From an uncultured bacterium (GTDB lineage: Bacteria; Oederibacteriota; Oederibacteriia; Oederibacteriales; Oederibacteriaceae), in the NCBI GenBank assembly GCA_965112635.1, contig OZ218778.1, positions 2,112,001-2,176,000 on the forward strand: DNA of 64,000 bases, given 5' to 3'. The translations under genes and the position numbers were made by a program. The notes under the pieces were generated by a model that made no database searches, was not told where the DNA came from, and was given only the letters and a program-made list of their open reading frames with translations. Shown in pieces: positions 47,109 through 57,857 of this stretch. Position 1 is the stretch's first letter; each line of letters starts with the position of its first letter.

Positions 47109-48646
47109 TGGAGAACAAATTGGAGAGGTTGTTGTCACAGGAACATGCGCCATTGTTTGAAGCTGTTTTAAATTATGCCAAAGAAAAGAAGATATCTTTT
47201 CATACCCCGGGTCACAAGCACGGTAATAGCATCCCGCCAGTATTCAAGAATTTTGTTGGGGAAAAAATATTCGATATGGACCTCACTTTACTGGAAGAGG
47301 TCGATTCCCTTCATGATCCCCGAACTGTGATAAAACAAGCCCAGCAATTAGCCGCCCAAGCATACGGCGCTGACGCCTCGTTTTTTCTAGTTAATGGAAC
47401 TAGCGGTGGAAACCACGCCATGATTTTGAGTAGTTGTATTTTTGGGGACAAAATTATTATTCCGAGGAATGCCCATAAGTCTGTCCTGGCGGGAATTATT
47501 TTGAGTGGGGCAGAGCCTCTCTATGTCCGTCCGGAAATTAATGACGATTTTAATCTTATCTGCAATGTAACGCCAAACCAGATTTTGAAAATTATTTTGG
47601 AAAACCCTGATGTAAAGGCGGTGGCTGTAACTAATCCAACCTATAACGGAATTGCTACTAATATTGGTGAGATTGCCAAAATATGTGATGAACATAAAAA
47701 GATACTTCTCGTTGATGAGGCCCACGGGCCACATTTGAAATTTCATGACCAGCTACCTTTTTCTGCTATGGAAGCTGGCGCAGATATGTGCGTTGAGAGC
47801 ACGCATAAAATAATTTCTGGTATGACGCAAGCTTCAATGTTGCATGCAAAAGGCAAGCGGGTCAATCTAAGCCGATTGAAAAAAATATTGCAACTTCTTC
47901 AAACCACAAGCCCCTCATATATTTTAATGGCATCTTTAGATCTTGCTAGAATGCAAATGGCTACTGAAGGAGAGAAATTATTAAGTCAAACAATTACTTT
48001 AGCAGAAGAAGCAAGGCAAGAAATTAATAGAATACCCGGTATAAGATGTTTTGGTAGCGAAATGATTGGGTTGCCTGGCATTTTTGATTTGGATCCAACA
48101 AAGTTGACTGTTAAGGTTTCGGAGATAGGATTGACAGGATTAGAAGTCTCAAGAATATTGAACCAGTTTTATGGCATTCAACCAGAATATGCCGATTTAA
48201 CAAATATTATTTTCATTGTGAGTATTGGTAATAAAAAAAGTGAAATCCAGCGTCTCGTCCATAGCTTGCGTGAGGTTTCAAAATATTATAGTAAAGAAGA
48301 AGGCGGAAAAAAGACCTTGCCTTTACGTTGGCCTTCTTTCACCACAGAAGTGGTTATGAGTCCAAGAGAAGCCGTATTTTCTGAAACCAAAAAGATGCCT
48401 TTTAAAGATGCAATTGGAATGGTCAGCGCAGAAATTTATGCGCCATATCCCCCTGGTATCCCAGTGTTAGTCCCAGGCGAGAAAATAACTGCGGAAATTT
48501 TCGATTACTTAAAGCAGGTTCGCTCTACTGGAACAAGAATCAATGGGCAGGAAGATGTTAAATTAAAGACAATAAGGGTAGTTGAAAAGGTAAAAGCCAC
48601 AGAGGAACTAAAAAAAATACTACCTTTAATAGCCTCAGGCACGTAG
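47108..48646 (+). CDS. PLP-dependent Arg/Lys/Orn decarboxylase (fold type I)
   Basis: FHTPGHK, LVNGTS, RNAHKS, VDEAHG, STHK (PLP lysine), TTSPSY, PYPPGIP. Confidence 0.92.
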   Translation: MENKLERLLSQEHAPLFEAVLNYAKEKKISFHTPGHKHGNSIPPVFKNFVGEKIFDMDLTLLEEVDSLHDPRTVIKQAQQLAAQAYGADASFFLVNGTSGGNHAMILSSCIFGDKIIIPRNAHKSVLAGIILSGAEPLYVRPEINDDFNLICNVTPNQILKIILENPDVKAVAVTNPTYNGIATNIGEIAKICDEHKKILLVDEAHGPHLKFHDQLPFSAMEAGADMCVESTHKIISGMTQASMLHAKGKRVNLSRLKKILQLLQTTSPSYILMASLDLARMQMATEGEKLLSQTITLAEEARQEINRIPGIRCFGSEMIGLPGIFDLDPTKLTVKVSEIGLTGLEVSRILNQFYGIQPEYADLTNIIFIVSIGNKKSEIQRLVHSLREVSKYYSKEEGGKKTLPLRWPSFTTEVVMSPREAVFSETKKMPFKDAIGMVSAEIYAPYPPGIPVLVPGEKITAEIFDYLKQVRSTGTRINGQEDVKLKTIRVVEKVKATEELKKILPLIASGT

Positions 48647-48742
48647 GCAAGGGATATTTTTTAGTTAAATGCTGAGTCCTTTTCCCCTGCTCCAAATCCA
48701 CAAAAAGTTAAGCTGTATCGAAAGCATATTTAAGGGAATTCT

Positions 48743-49840
48743 ATGAATACCCAAGAAGCATTATTGGTTTTAAATATGATTCCAGGGTTGGGCCCTGTTA
48801 AAATCCAGCGTTTGACCAAGACTTGCGGTGATGCAGCCAGGGTCTTTTCAACTAGTAGAACTGTTCTTGAAAAAGTGGAAGGAATCAGCGAAAGCATAAT
48901 TGCAGATATTCAGAAAGCTGAGAAAGAAAAAATAGTTGATGAGGAAATCAAGAGGATTCGAGAGGCAGGTGTCTTAGTTTTATTTATCAACGAGCCGAAT
49001 TATCCAGAACTATTAAAAAATATTTATGATCCTCCTTCTGTTATTTATTATAAGGGGGAAGTGGCTGCATTTAGAAAAAAATCGATTGCGGTTGTAGGGA
49101 CACGTTTTGCAAGTATTTATGGCAAAAAATGCACAAAAATGTTATGCGCACAGTTGGTCCGTGAAGGTTTTGCGATCGTAAGCGGATTGGCTAGGGGAAT
49201 CGATGGCGTTGCGCATCAGAGTGCTTTGGAGGCTGGAGGGAGCACTTCGGCAGTTTTAGGTTGTGGACTAAGTTATATTTATCCCCCAGAACACAAAAAT
49301 TTAGCTAATAGGATGATCGAAAAAGGGTGCTTGCTTTCCGAATTTCCTATGACTGCCGGACCATTACCACAAAATTTTCCACGCAGAAATAGAATAATTA
49401 GCGGCCTTACTATTGGCACGATTGTTGTTGAGGCCTCATCAAAAAGTGGGGCACTTATAACAGCCAATTGGGCTTTGGAGCAGGGTAGAGAAGTTTTTGC
49501 TGTTCCAGGATGTATTGGTGTCAAAAATACCGAAGGAACTCACCAGTTGATACAGAATGGCGCAAAATTAGTAAATCAAGTTGGCGATATTCTAGACGAA
49601 TTTGGAATTTCAAAACAACTTAAAGATGGTGGCGACCAAGTCAGAATTTTAGAGCCGTTAGTAGGGGACGAAAATAAGGTGTTGGAGGTGTTGCAACAGT
49701 ATGATCCCTTACATATTGATGAAATATGTCGGCAGACTGGCTTGCTTATAAATCAAATATCAGGTATTTTAATGCTACTTGAAATCAAAGGATATATTAA
49801 ACAAATTGGCGGGAAAAAGTTCATCAGAACCCAATATTAG
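48743..49840 (+). CDS. dprA: DNA-processing protein DprA
   Basis: AVVGTR, VSGLARGID, FPRRNRIISG, SGALITA, GREVFAVPG, C-terminal wHTH. Confidence 0.96.
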   Translation: MNTQEALLVLNMIPGLGPVKIQRLTKTCGDAARVFSTSRTVLEKVEGISESIIADIQKAEKEKIVDEEIKRIREAGVLVLFINEPNYPELLKNIYDPPSVIYYKGEVAAFRKKSIAVVGTRFASIYGKKCTKMLCAQLVREGFAIVSGLARGIDGVAHQSALEAGGSTSAVLGCGLSYIYPPEHKNLANRMIEKGCLLSEFPMTAGPLPQNFPRRNRIISGLTIGTIVVEASSKSGALITANWALEQGREVFAVPGCIGVKNTEGTHQLIQNGAKLVNQVGDILDEFGISKQLKDGGDQVRILEPLVGDENKVLEVLQQYDPLHIDEICRQTGLLINQISGILMLLEIKGYIKQIGGKKFIRTQY

Positions 49841-49850
49841 AAAGGGTAAA

Positions 49851-52127
49851 ATGGAAAAGAGCCTGGTTATCGTAGAATCGCCAGCCAAAAGCAAAACTAT
49901 CAAAAAGTTTTTAGGGCCTGGTTTTGAAGTCATGGCAAGCATGGGGCATGTCAAAGATCTTCCTAAAAGTAGATTGGGTGTTGATGTTGCGGGTAATTTT
50001 GATCCTGAATATATTGCTATAAGAAAAAGGATGAAAACAATTAAGGAATTAAAAGCCGCTTCAAAAAAATCATCCACTATCTATCTCGCTGCAGACCCGG
50101 ATCGTGAGGGAGAAACTATTTGCTGGCATTTATCGCAAATTTTTGAGGGGAAAACAATGTACAGAATTTCAATGGATGAGATTACTAAAAAAGGAGTGAA
50201 AGAAGCTTTTGAAAATAAACGCAATGTCGATATGAACATGGTTGAGGCTCAGCAGACGAGGAGAATTTTAGATAGGTTAGTGGGATATTCCGTAAGCCCT
50301 CTTTTGTGGAAAAAAGTTAGGCGGGGTTTGAGTGCAGGGAGAGTGCAAACTGTTGCCGTCAGATTAATTTGTGAAAGAGACGAGGAAATAAAATCCTTTA
50401 AGCCAGTTGAATATTGGTCCATAGAAGTTCTTTTAAATGTCGAGAGAGGTGGCCAGTTTTGGTCAAAACTGGTTGAGTGGGATGGGCAAAAATCAGAGAT
50501 ACCTAATATAGAACTTTCGCAAGAGATAGTAAACAAATTGAAAAATGCTACTTATTCGGTAAAAGAGACAGAGACTAAAGAGCAAAGGAAGAATCCCCTT
50601 TCTCCTTACACTACAAGTAAGATACAGCAGGATGCATCAAGCAAGCTGCGTTTTTCAGTAAAAAAGACGATGATGATCGCGCAAAAATTATATGAGGGAT
50701 TAGATGTTGGGGAAGAAGGTTTGACTGGACTCATTACTTATATGCGAACGGATTCTGTGAGAATTGCCTCTGAGGCTCAGGCTGAAGCGCTCCAATACAT
50801 CAAGGATGTCTTTGGTAGCCAATATTGTCCTTCTCAACCTAACCAGTTTAAAAGCAAAAAAAGTATACAGGATGCTCATGAGTGCATCAGACCTACCTCG
50901 GTTGCGAGGAATCCAGATGAAATAAAAGGGTATTTGGATAAGGATGAATACAAGCTTTATAAGCTTATTTGGCAGAGATTTTTGGCAAGCCAGATGAATC
51001 CTGCGATTTTTGAAATATTCACTGCGAATATTAATGGGGATAAGGGACTTTTTAGAACAATTTGGAACACAATAAAATTCCAGGGATATCTAGCTATATA
51101 TCAAGAAGATGAGGCTGATGGAGACCAAAATGGAGATATGGCAGAGAAGGAAGAAATAAATGTAAAAATGAATTTGGTCAAAGGCGATTTATTAACACTA
51201 GTTGAAATAAAGCCCGCGCAGCACTTCACCCAGCCCTCTGCAGCGTTCAATGATGCATCGTTGATTAAAGTTCTTGAAGAAAAGGGGATTGGTCGTCCGA
51301 GCACTTATGCTCCGATCATTTCAACGATTGTTGAAAGGGGTTATGTGGAAAAACTTGAAGGCCGTTTATATCCCACAAGTTTAGGCAAGATTGTTAACGA
51401 GCTACTTATAGATAATTTTGCAGATATTTTTAATGTTGAATATACGGCTTTAATGGAAGATGAATTAGATAAGATAGAAGAAGGGCAGTTGAAGCGCACT
51501 GATGTTTTAGGGGCTTTCTATGGAGCATTTAAAAAGGATGTTGACGCGGCCAAAGAAACGATGAGAGACGTTAAAAGCGAGATGGAAACTCAAACTGATG
51601 AAATTTGTGAAAAATGTGGCAAGCCTATGTCCATAAAATGGGGAAGATTTGGGAAATTTCTGGCATGCACTGGTTATCCCGAGTGCAAGAATACAAAACA
51701 GATAAGGGATATAGGTGATGGGAAATTTGAAATTAAACCTGAGGAGGCAACTGAAGAGAAATGCCCAAAATGCAACAGCCCAATGATATTTAAACATGGG
51801 CGATTCGGAAAATTTTTAGCTTGTTCGCGATATCCTGAATGTAAAACTACTAAATCAATTAGCCTTGGGATAAAATGTCCAAAAAAGGATTGCAATGGAG
51901 ATATTGTGCCGAGAAGAACCAAAAATAGAAGGTTATTTTATGGATGTAGCCGTTATCCGGAATGTGATTTCGTCACTTGGAATAAACCTGTCAAAAGGCC
52001 ATGCCCAAAATGCAATCAGCCATTTATGGTCGAAAAATACAATAAGGGTGGAAATAATACCTATACCTGTGTGAATGAGGCATGCGGCTATGAAGAAAAA
52101 AGCAATTCGGATATAATAGCAGCTTAA
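49851..52127 (+). CDS. topA: DNA topoisomerase I
   Basis: VESPAK, DPDREGE, SAGRVQ, ITYMRTDS, GIGRPSTYA, C-terminal zinc ribbons. Start ATG 49851. Confidence 0.97.
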   Translation: MEKSLVIVESPAKSKTIKKFLGPGFEVMASMGHVKDLPKSRLGVDVAGNFDPEYIAIRKRMKTIKELKAASKKSSTIYLAADPDREGETICWHLSQIFEGKTMYRISMDEITKKGVKEAFENKRNVDMNMVEAQQTRRILDRLVGYSVSPLLWKKVRRGLSAGRVQTVAVRLICERDEEIKSFKPVEYWSIEVLLNVERGGQFWSKLVEWDGQKSEIPNIELSQEIVNKLKNATYSVKETETKEQRKNPLSPYTTSKIQQDASSKLRFSVKKTMMIAQKLYEGLDVGEEGLTGLITYMRTDSVRIASEAQAEALQYIKDVFGSQYCPSQPNQFKSKKSIQDAHECIRPTSVARNPDEIKGYLDKDEYKLYKLIWQRFLASQMNPAIFEIFTANINGDKGLFRTIWNTIKFQGYLAIYQEDEADGDQNGDMAEKEEINVKMNLVKGDLLTLVEIKPAQHFTQPSAAFNDASLIKVLEEKGIGRPSTYAPIISTIVERGYVEKLEGRLYPTSLGKIVNELLIDNFADIFNVEYTALMEDELDKIEEGQLKRTDVLGAFYGAFKKDVDAAKETMRDVKSEMETQTDEICEKCGKPMSIKWGRFGKFLACTGYPECKNTKQIRDIGDGKFEIKPEEATEEKCPKCNSPMIFKHGRFGKFLACSRYPECKTTKSISLGIKCPKKDCNGDIVPRRTKNRRLFYGCSRYPECDFVTWNKPVKRPCPKCNQPFMVEKYNKGGNNTYTCVNEACGYEEKSNSDIIAA

Positions 52128-52171
52128 GTGGAAGTTTATTTTGATTACAATATATTAATTAGGCCAAAACT

Positions 52172-53251
52172 ATGGAATATGGGAAAGTCATAAAAATAGT
52201 TTTTTTGCTGACTTTGTTATTTGGTTGCGCAACTAATTTAAAGAATATTCAAATAGAAGGTAGCCCTGCCAGTGTTCACCCCACAATATATCGCGAGGTA
52301 GTTGTTGGAGAAAATCCAGTTTATGTTGCAGTCACCCCTGATGGTCAGTATGCCTATATTACAAATTCGCATTCTGATAATGTGTCTGTTTTGCGGCTGA
52401 GCGATATGAACATCTTTACAACTCTAGGTGTTAATAGTGGTCCGGTAGGCTTGGCCATAACACCTGATGGGAAAATCCTTTATGTAGCCAATAGGGGTGC
52501 GAGAAATATCAGCGTTTTTAGTTTGCCTGAACACTCAAACATAGCAACCATTGCCCTTGAGAATGAACCCGAAAATATTGCTTTTACGCCAGATGGGAAA
52601 TATGCTCTTGTCACTCATCCAACAGCATTTTTTATTTCGGTAGTTAAAGTTGCCAATCATAGTTTACAAACGGCTATTCCTTTATTAAGTTCACCCATAG
52701 GACTGGCGATGACTCGGGATGGTCTATTGGCTCTAATAACTACTAATAATAACAAGGAAAATATATTTTTTATGTCCTTGTCGGACTTTTCGGTTGTTAA
52801 TAGCATTGCTGGGGGCAATCTACCTGTTGGGGTGGCCATTAACGCTCAAAATACCTTTGCGTATATTGTAAATAATAAAAGCAATAACATTTCCATTATT
52901 GATCTCAAGAATCAATCAGAAAAAACAAGGGTCACAGTAGGTGATGGGCCTGCTGGCATTGCTTTAACGCCTAGTGGAAAATATGCCTATGTTACAAATC
53001 ATATAAGTAATAATATATCAGTTATCAATTTAACTGAAGAAAAGGTTGTTGAGACTATAGATCTGTCAGGGTCTCCATGGGGAATAGCTTTTACGCCGGA
53101 CGGGAAATATGCTTTAATCGCACTATATGAAAATATATTGCCTTCTCAACAAGATTGGTACAGGAGAAAAATCGGAAGTGGTCAGCAAAGCGCGGGGCCT
53201 CTTTTCCCAAGCCATATTTTAGATATAATTCAAACAAATGATTTTAACTGA
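52172..53251 (+). CDS. YVTN/YncE-type beta-propeller lipoprotein
   Basis: Lipobox LFGC and seven P-x-G-x-A-x-T-P-D-G-K repeats. Confidence 0.85.
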   Translation: MEYGKVIKIVFLLTLLFGCATNLKNIQIEGSPASVHPTIYREVVVGENPVYVAVTPDGQYAYITNSHSDNVSVLRLSDMNIFTTLGVNSGPVGLAITPDGKILYVANRGARNISVFSLPEHSNIATIALENEPENIAFTPDGKYALVTHPTAFFISVVKVANHSLQTAIPLLSSPIGLAMTRDGLLALITTNNNKENIFFMSLSDFSVVNSIAGGNLPVGVAINAQNTFAYIVNNKSNNISIIDLKNQSEKTRVTVGDGPAGIALTPSGKYAYVTNHISNNISVINLTEEKVVETIDLSGSPWGIAFTPDGKYALIALYENILPSQQDWYRRKIGSGQQSAGPLFPSHILDIIQTNDFN

Positions 53252-53300
53252 AAAGAACTTAGTAGAACCTTATAGAAAAATTATAATTAGGAGCAATATT

Positions 53301-53840
53301 TTGAAAAATAAATATTTAATTACTTTTTTGGTATTTCCTTTTATTTTATTTTTATTTTTTGGGTGTGGTTATAGCTATAAAGCTGTATTGCCGGAACACA
53401 TCAAAAGAATTTATATCCCAATCTTTAAGAATGATACATTGCAATATAATATTGAAGGAGTTCTGACCGATACAATAGTGAAGCAGTTTGTATCACAGGC
53501 GAAATTGATCGAAGGTGGTTATTTAACTGTTGTTCAGAATAAGTCTGAAGCTGATGCTGAGTTGGATGGGGAGATAGTTCAGTATATTTTGGAGCCGGTG
53601 CTAGTTGACCAAAAGGGTTCAGTACAAGAATATAAAATGAGACTTCTTTTGAATTTAAATTTCCTAGATTTAATAAATAATAATTCTCTTTGGTCTGAAC
53701 AAAACTATGAATGTAAGACAAAAATATTTTGGAAAGTCGCGCCTACTATAGGTGTGCCGCAGACAGAGCAAGAAGTACAACTCCAGGTTTATCAAGAGTT
53801 AGCACAAGAAATTGTTAATCGTACAATATTTGGCTGGTAG
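53301..53840 (+). CDS. LptE-family lipoprotein
   Basis: FFGCGY lipobox, LPEHIKRIYIPIFKNDT, ADAELDGEI; upstream of holA. TTG 53301 start preferred. Confidence 0.75.
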   Translation: MKNKYLITFLVFPFILFLFFGCGYSYKAVLPEHIKRIYIPIFKNDTLQYNIEGVLTDTIVKQFVSQAKLIEGGYLTVVQNKSEADAELDGEIVQYILEPVLVDQKGSVQEYKMRLLLNLNFLDLINNNSLWSEQNYECKTKIFWKVAPTIGVPQTEQEVQLQVYQELAQEIVNRTIFGW

Positions 53841-53843
53841 AAA

Positions 53844-54854
53844 TTGCCAAACCCTTCAAAGAAAATCCCCCTAGATGATTTTAAAAGTTCCTTATCTCAA
53901 AGTAAGTTATGCAATTTATTGCTTTTTGATGGGCAGGAAGATTATTTAAAAAGGCAGGCTATTGTTGATATAAAGAAGTTGTTGTTTGGGGATGACATCC
54001 AGAATATTAATATTGATATTATTTCAGGAAAAGATTTGAGTGCACGTGAGATCATAGAAAAGGCACAAACCATTCCCTTTTTGAATGTAAATAGGCTGAT
54101 AATAGTTAGTGAATTCGAAAAAACTACTGAAAAAGAGAGAAACAAATTAATTCCATATTTCGAAAATCCTACATCTTTTACTTGGCTGATTTTCCTTTTT
54201 AATGGTTTATTTAAAGATTCTAATTTTATTGAGAATATTTCAATACAAGGGCAGGTTATAACATTTTGGCCTTTATGGGATAATCAATATAAAAGTGAGG
54301 CTCTGAATTGTTTAAAGAAACTGAGTTTGACTATTGACGATGTATCATTATTAACCTTATTAGATCATCTAGATGGATCTTTATATTCATTGCATAACGA
54401 ATTGGATAAGTTAGCTGAATTTATTGGGCAAAGAAAAAATATATTGTATGAAGATGTTTTGAAATTGGTGGGTTCAAATAAAATTATTGATTTTGACAGT
54501 TTTAATTTTTTATTGGTAAGAAATGGCTATTATGCTTTGGAGAATTTAGAGGGTTTCAGCCAAGATAAAACAAATTTTATTCTGATATTCTTTAAACTTT
54601 ATAGATTTTATAAAGTATTAGTTAAAGTAAAGGAGATGGCGAGGCATGATGGTAATTTAGATTCAATATTGAAAGCGATGCGTGTTCCCTATAAACAAAA
54701 AAGGCAATTTATTGATGGCCAAAAGTTGAAAAATGAAAAAGTAATGTTATTAGTAAATAAATTAATAGACCTAGATTATGAAAATAAAGGAAGTGCTATC
54801 ATACAAAAATTACTTTGGAGATATCAAGCTTATATTCTGAATTATGTCTATTGA
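53844..54854 (+). CDS. holA: DNA polymerase III delta subunit
   Basis: LFDGQEDYL, AQTIPFL...RLIIV, NELDKL; lptE-holA-rpsT synteny. Confidence 0.85.
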   Translation: MPNPSKKIPLDDFKSSLSQSKLCNLLLFDGQEDYLKRQAIVDIKKLLFGDDIQNINIDIISGKDLSAREIIEKAQTIPFLNVNRLIIVSEFEKTTEKERNKLIPYFENPTSFTWLIFLFNGLFKDSNFIENISIQGQVITFWPLWDNQYKSEALNCLKKLSLTIDDVSLLTLLDHLDGSLYSLHNELDKLAEFIGQRKNILYEDVLKLVGSNKIIDFDSFNFLLVRNGYYALENLEGFSQDKTNFILIFFKLYRFYKVLVKVKEMARHDGNLDSILKAMRVPYKQKRQFIDGQKLKNEKVMLLVNKLIDLDYENKGSAIIQKLLWRYQAYILNYVY

Positions 54855-54923
54855 AAAGTTTTTAAGGTCATTTTTTGATAATGCAAAATGAAGAGTTGCG
54901 ATGGGTTATTTAAAGAGCATGCT

Positions 54924-55181
54924 TTATTTAATATATTTTGAGCGGAACAGTTTTAAGAGATTAGCCTTAAGCCTTGCTGATTTATTTTTATGAAAAATAG
55001 TTTTACTAGCTTTATCAATACTCGATATTGCCATTTTCAAAATATTCTTTGCTTCTTCGGAAGATTTTGAATTCCGGATTTTCTTTATATAACCTTTAAT
55101 AATAGTTAACTGAGCTTTATTTTTTAATGTACGTGTTTGTGTTCTTCTTACATCTTTTATTGAAGATTTAAGTATAGGCAT
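54924..55181 (-). CDS. rpsT: 30S ribosomal protein S20
   Basis: MPILKSSIKDVR...IDKA...HKNKSARLK. Confidence 0.93.
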   Translation of the reverse strand: MPILKSSIKDVRRTQTRTLKNKAQLTIIKGYIKKIRNSKSSEEAKNILKMAISSIDKASKTIFHKNKSARLKANLLKLFRSKYIK

Positions 55182-55262
55182 ATTTTTCCTCTCTAAATAA
55201 ATTTCTATTAATATATTAGAAAGTTTGTTTTTTCACAATATTTATTTTGAATAGGGGAGAGA

Positions 55263-56840
55263 GTGGTGTCAAGGGGAGTGGCAAAAAATGCTTTTATATT
55301 AAGTTTATTCACGTTATCAAGCCGGATTTTGGGATATGTTAGGGATTCAATCAATGCAGCCCTATTTGGGGCCGGATTTGTATCAGATGCCTATTATGTT
55401 GCTTTCAGAATCCCAAATTTTTTGCGTGATTTAGTAGCTGAGGGATCTTTTAGTTCTGCATTTGTATCAGTCTTTTCTAATATATTAGAAAAGAACGGCA
55501 AAAGAGATGCGTGGCGCCTTGCCAATTTAGTGCTTAATCTACTTGTGTTTATTCTCATTTTTATAGTTGTTTTGGGAGTTGTATTTAGTCCTTTCATAGT
55601 TAAGGTTTTGGGTTGGGGGTTTTCTGCAGTTCCAAACAAACTTGAATTAACTGTTAAACTAACAAGAATACTTTTTCCATTCATAGCTTTTATCTCACTA
55701 GCCTCTTTTTTTATGGGGATATTAAATTCATTCGGCAACTTCAGTCTTCCGGCATTTGCTCCTTGCCTTTTTAATATTGCTATGATTTTGAGCGGATTTT
55801 ATCTATGCCCCTTATACGGTCCTGATCCTGAAAAACAAATTATTGGCTGGACCATTGGGGCTCTAGTGGGTAGCTTCCTGCAACTAGTTGTTCAAATGCC
55901 AAATGTTTTTAAATTGGGTTTTAAATACAATTTTATTATTAACATTTTTCATCCTCTTATTAAAAAGATAGTCGAGCTTCTTATACCAGGGGTATTGGGC
56001 CTTTCGGTTGTTCAAATTAATTTGTTCGTTAATATATTAATTGCTTCTTTGCTTACACAAGGAAGTGTAACTTATTTAAATTATGGAAATAGATTGATGC
56101 AATTTCCTTTAGCCCTTTTTGGTATTTCAATTGCAACCGTAATTTTGCCAACTTTGTCTGCAAGTATAGCGCGGAACAATCTTAACGAAGCGAAGCAAAT
56201 TTTTAATGATGCAATAAGATTGGTTTTCTATTTTATACTACCATCTTCCGTAGGCATTTGTGTTCTAAGTCAACCAATAAACGATTTGCTTTTTGGATAT
56301 GGGAAATTCAATTCAGTAGATGTAAATAATACGGCGTTAGTATCCACATTATTTAGCATTGGATTATTTGCTATCGCCGCTAATAGAGTATTTGTGGCTG
56401 CCTTTTATTCTTTCTACGACACTTGGACTCCACTGAAGATCGGATTGATAAGCGTTTTGGCCAATATCTTTCTCAATATCTACTTCAAAGTATTTGAAAA
56501 AGAGTTAAATTTTTGCGGCCCTCCTATTGCCACTACACTTGCTAGCATTCTGTCCTTCTTTATGTATTTATACTATTTAAAGAAGAAATTTAATTTTGTG
56601 GCTAATAAAGAATTATTCTCTGCTTTTAATAAAATATTATTAGCTGCTCTTATTATGGGTATTGTGCTTTATGTTGGGTATGGCTATTCTGATTTAATTT
56701 TTAAAAACACCCATAGATTATTTAAAATATTAAGGCTTTTTTTGGTCATGTTTGTTGGTGTCCTGTCCTACTTTACTTGTTCTTTTTTCCTAAAAATAAA
56801 GGAACAAAGAGAGTTTTTCTCAGTTTTTTTGAAAATTTAG
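55263..56840 (+). CDS. murJ: Lipid II flippase MurJ
   Basis: SRILGYVRD, AFRIPNFLRDLVAEGSFSSAFV, RLMQFP; divergent from rpsT. Confidence 0.95.
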   Translation: MVSRGVAKNAFILSLFTLSSRILGYVRDSINAALFGAGFVSDAYYVAFRIPNFLRDLVAEGSFSSAFVSVFSNILEKNGKRDAWRLANLVLNLLVFILIFIVVLGVVFSPFIVKVLGWGFSAVPNKLELTVKLTRILFPFIAFISLASFFMGILNSFGNFSLPAFAPCLFNIAMILSGFYLCPLYGPDPEKQIIGWTIGALVGSFLQLVVQMPNVFKLGFKYNFIINIFHPLIKKIVELLIPGVLGLSVVQINLFVNILIASLLTQGSVTYLNYGNRLMQFPLALFGISIATVILPTLSASIARNNLNEAKQIFNDAIRLVFYFILPSSVGICVLSQPINDLLFGYGKFNSVDVNNTALVSTLFSIGLFAIAANRVFVAAFYSFYDTWTPLKIGLISVLANIFLNIYFKVFEKELNFCGPPIATTLASILSFFMYLYYLKKKFNFVANKELFSAFNKILLAALIMGIVLYVGYGYSDLIFKNTHRLFKILRLFLVMFVGVLSYFTCSFFLKIKEQREFFSVFLKI

Positions 56841-56927
56841 TAAAAAAAGTTTTTAAGAATTCAGGACTTAATATTGGCATGTTTAGTGTTATATTTAATA
56901 TAATTACATTTGGAGTTTAATAATTAT

Positions 56928-57857
56928 ATGAGAAAAAAAATGATAAGTAGAAAAATTAGTTTAAAGGTTATTTTTTGGGCATTATTTATTTTCTTAATAT
57001 TTGTAACAAGTCTAATTTATAAAATTTATCAGCATTCGCAAAAGCCAGTTTTTATCAAGGTCAAAGTTCTTCAGCAGTGGAGTAAGAAGGATGGCCGAGC
57101 ATTAGCTGTTGCGCTAGACGGCTCAAAACTTTATATTTCTGATACAAAAAATAAAGAAATCGATATTTTTTCGATAGATGGTAAGCCGTTAGCAATCTGG
57201 AAAGGTTTCGAAAATCCAAATGGCATTTGCGTGGATGACTGGGAAAATATTTTTGTTAATGATAATGCAATGGGGTTTGTGAAAAAATTCAATCGCAATG
57301 GAAAAATTATTAAAAAATGGAAATTTGGATTTTATGGACAAAGGGGATTGGTCAATGGCGATAAATGCATATATATTACTGATACGGGGAATCATAGAGT
57401 TTGTAAGTTTGATTTACAGGGCAATTTACTGAAGGAATGGGGGAAGCCGGGAAGGGGGCGCGACCAGCTTGGTGAGCCCATCGGCATTACGCGAGATATT
57501 GATGGTTTTATTTATGTTGCAGAATCCAGGAACCATAGAATTCACAAATACAGTTCTGATGGTTCGACTGTGACTTTATGGTCATATTCGGCAGGCCCTG
57601 ACGGTGGCTATGCCATTGAGCCATATTTAACTTCAGACGGACAGGCACACATTATTCTTTCCGACCAACATAATGGATGTTTGCAAGTATTTTCAAATGC
57701 TGGGCATCTTCTGGGCATTACAGAGAAGGGTGCTTTTGATTCGCCTTTAGGGCTAGCTGCTGATAAGAACAATGATATATATGTGCTAGACAAAAACTTT
57801 AGAGTCCAAAAGGTGCATTTAATCTATCCTGTTTCGACGAAAGTTAAGAGTGAATAA
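56928..57857 (+). CDS. Membrane-anchored NHL-repeat beta-propeller protein
   Basis: N-terminal TM segment and repeats YITDTGNHRV, EPIGI, YVAESRNHRI, SPLGLA; start uncertain. Confidence 0.85.
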   Translation: MRKKMISRKISLKVIFWALFIFLIFVTSLIYKIYQHSQKPVFIKVKVLQQWSKKDGRALAVALDGSKLYISDTKNKEIDIFSIDGKPLAIWKGFENPNGICVDDWENIFVNDNAMGFVKKFNRNGKIIKKWKFGFYGQRGLVNGDKCIYITDTGNHRVCKFDLQGNLLKEWGKPGRGRDQLGEPIGITRDIDGFIYVAESRNHRIHKYSSDGSTVTLWSYSAGPDGGYAIEPYLTSDGQAHIILSDQHNGCLQVFSNAGHLLGITEKGAFDSPLGLAADKNNDIYVLDKNFRVQKVHLIYPVSTKVKSE

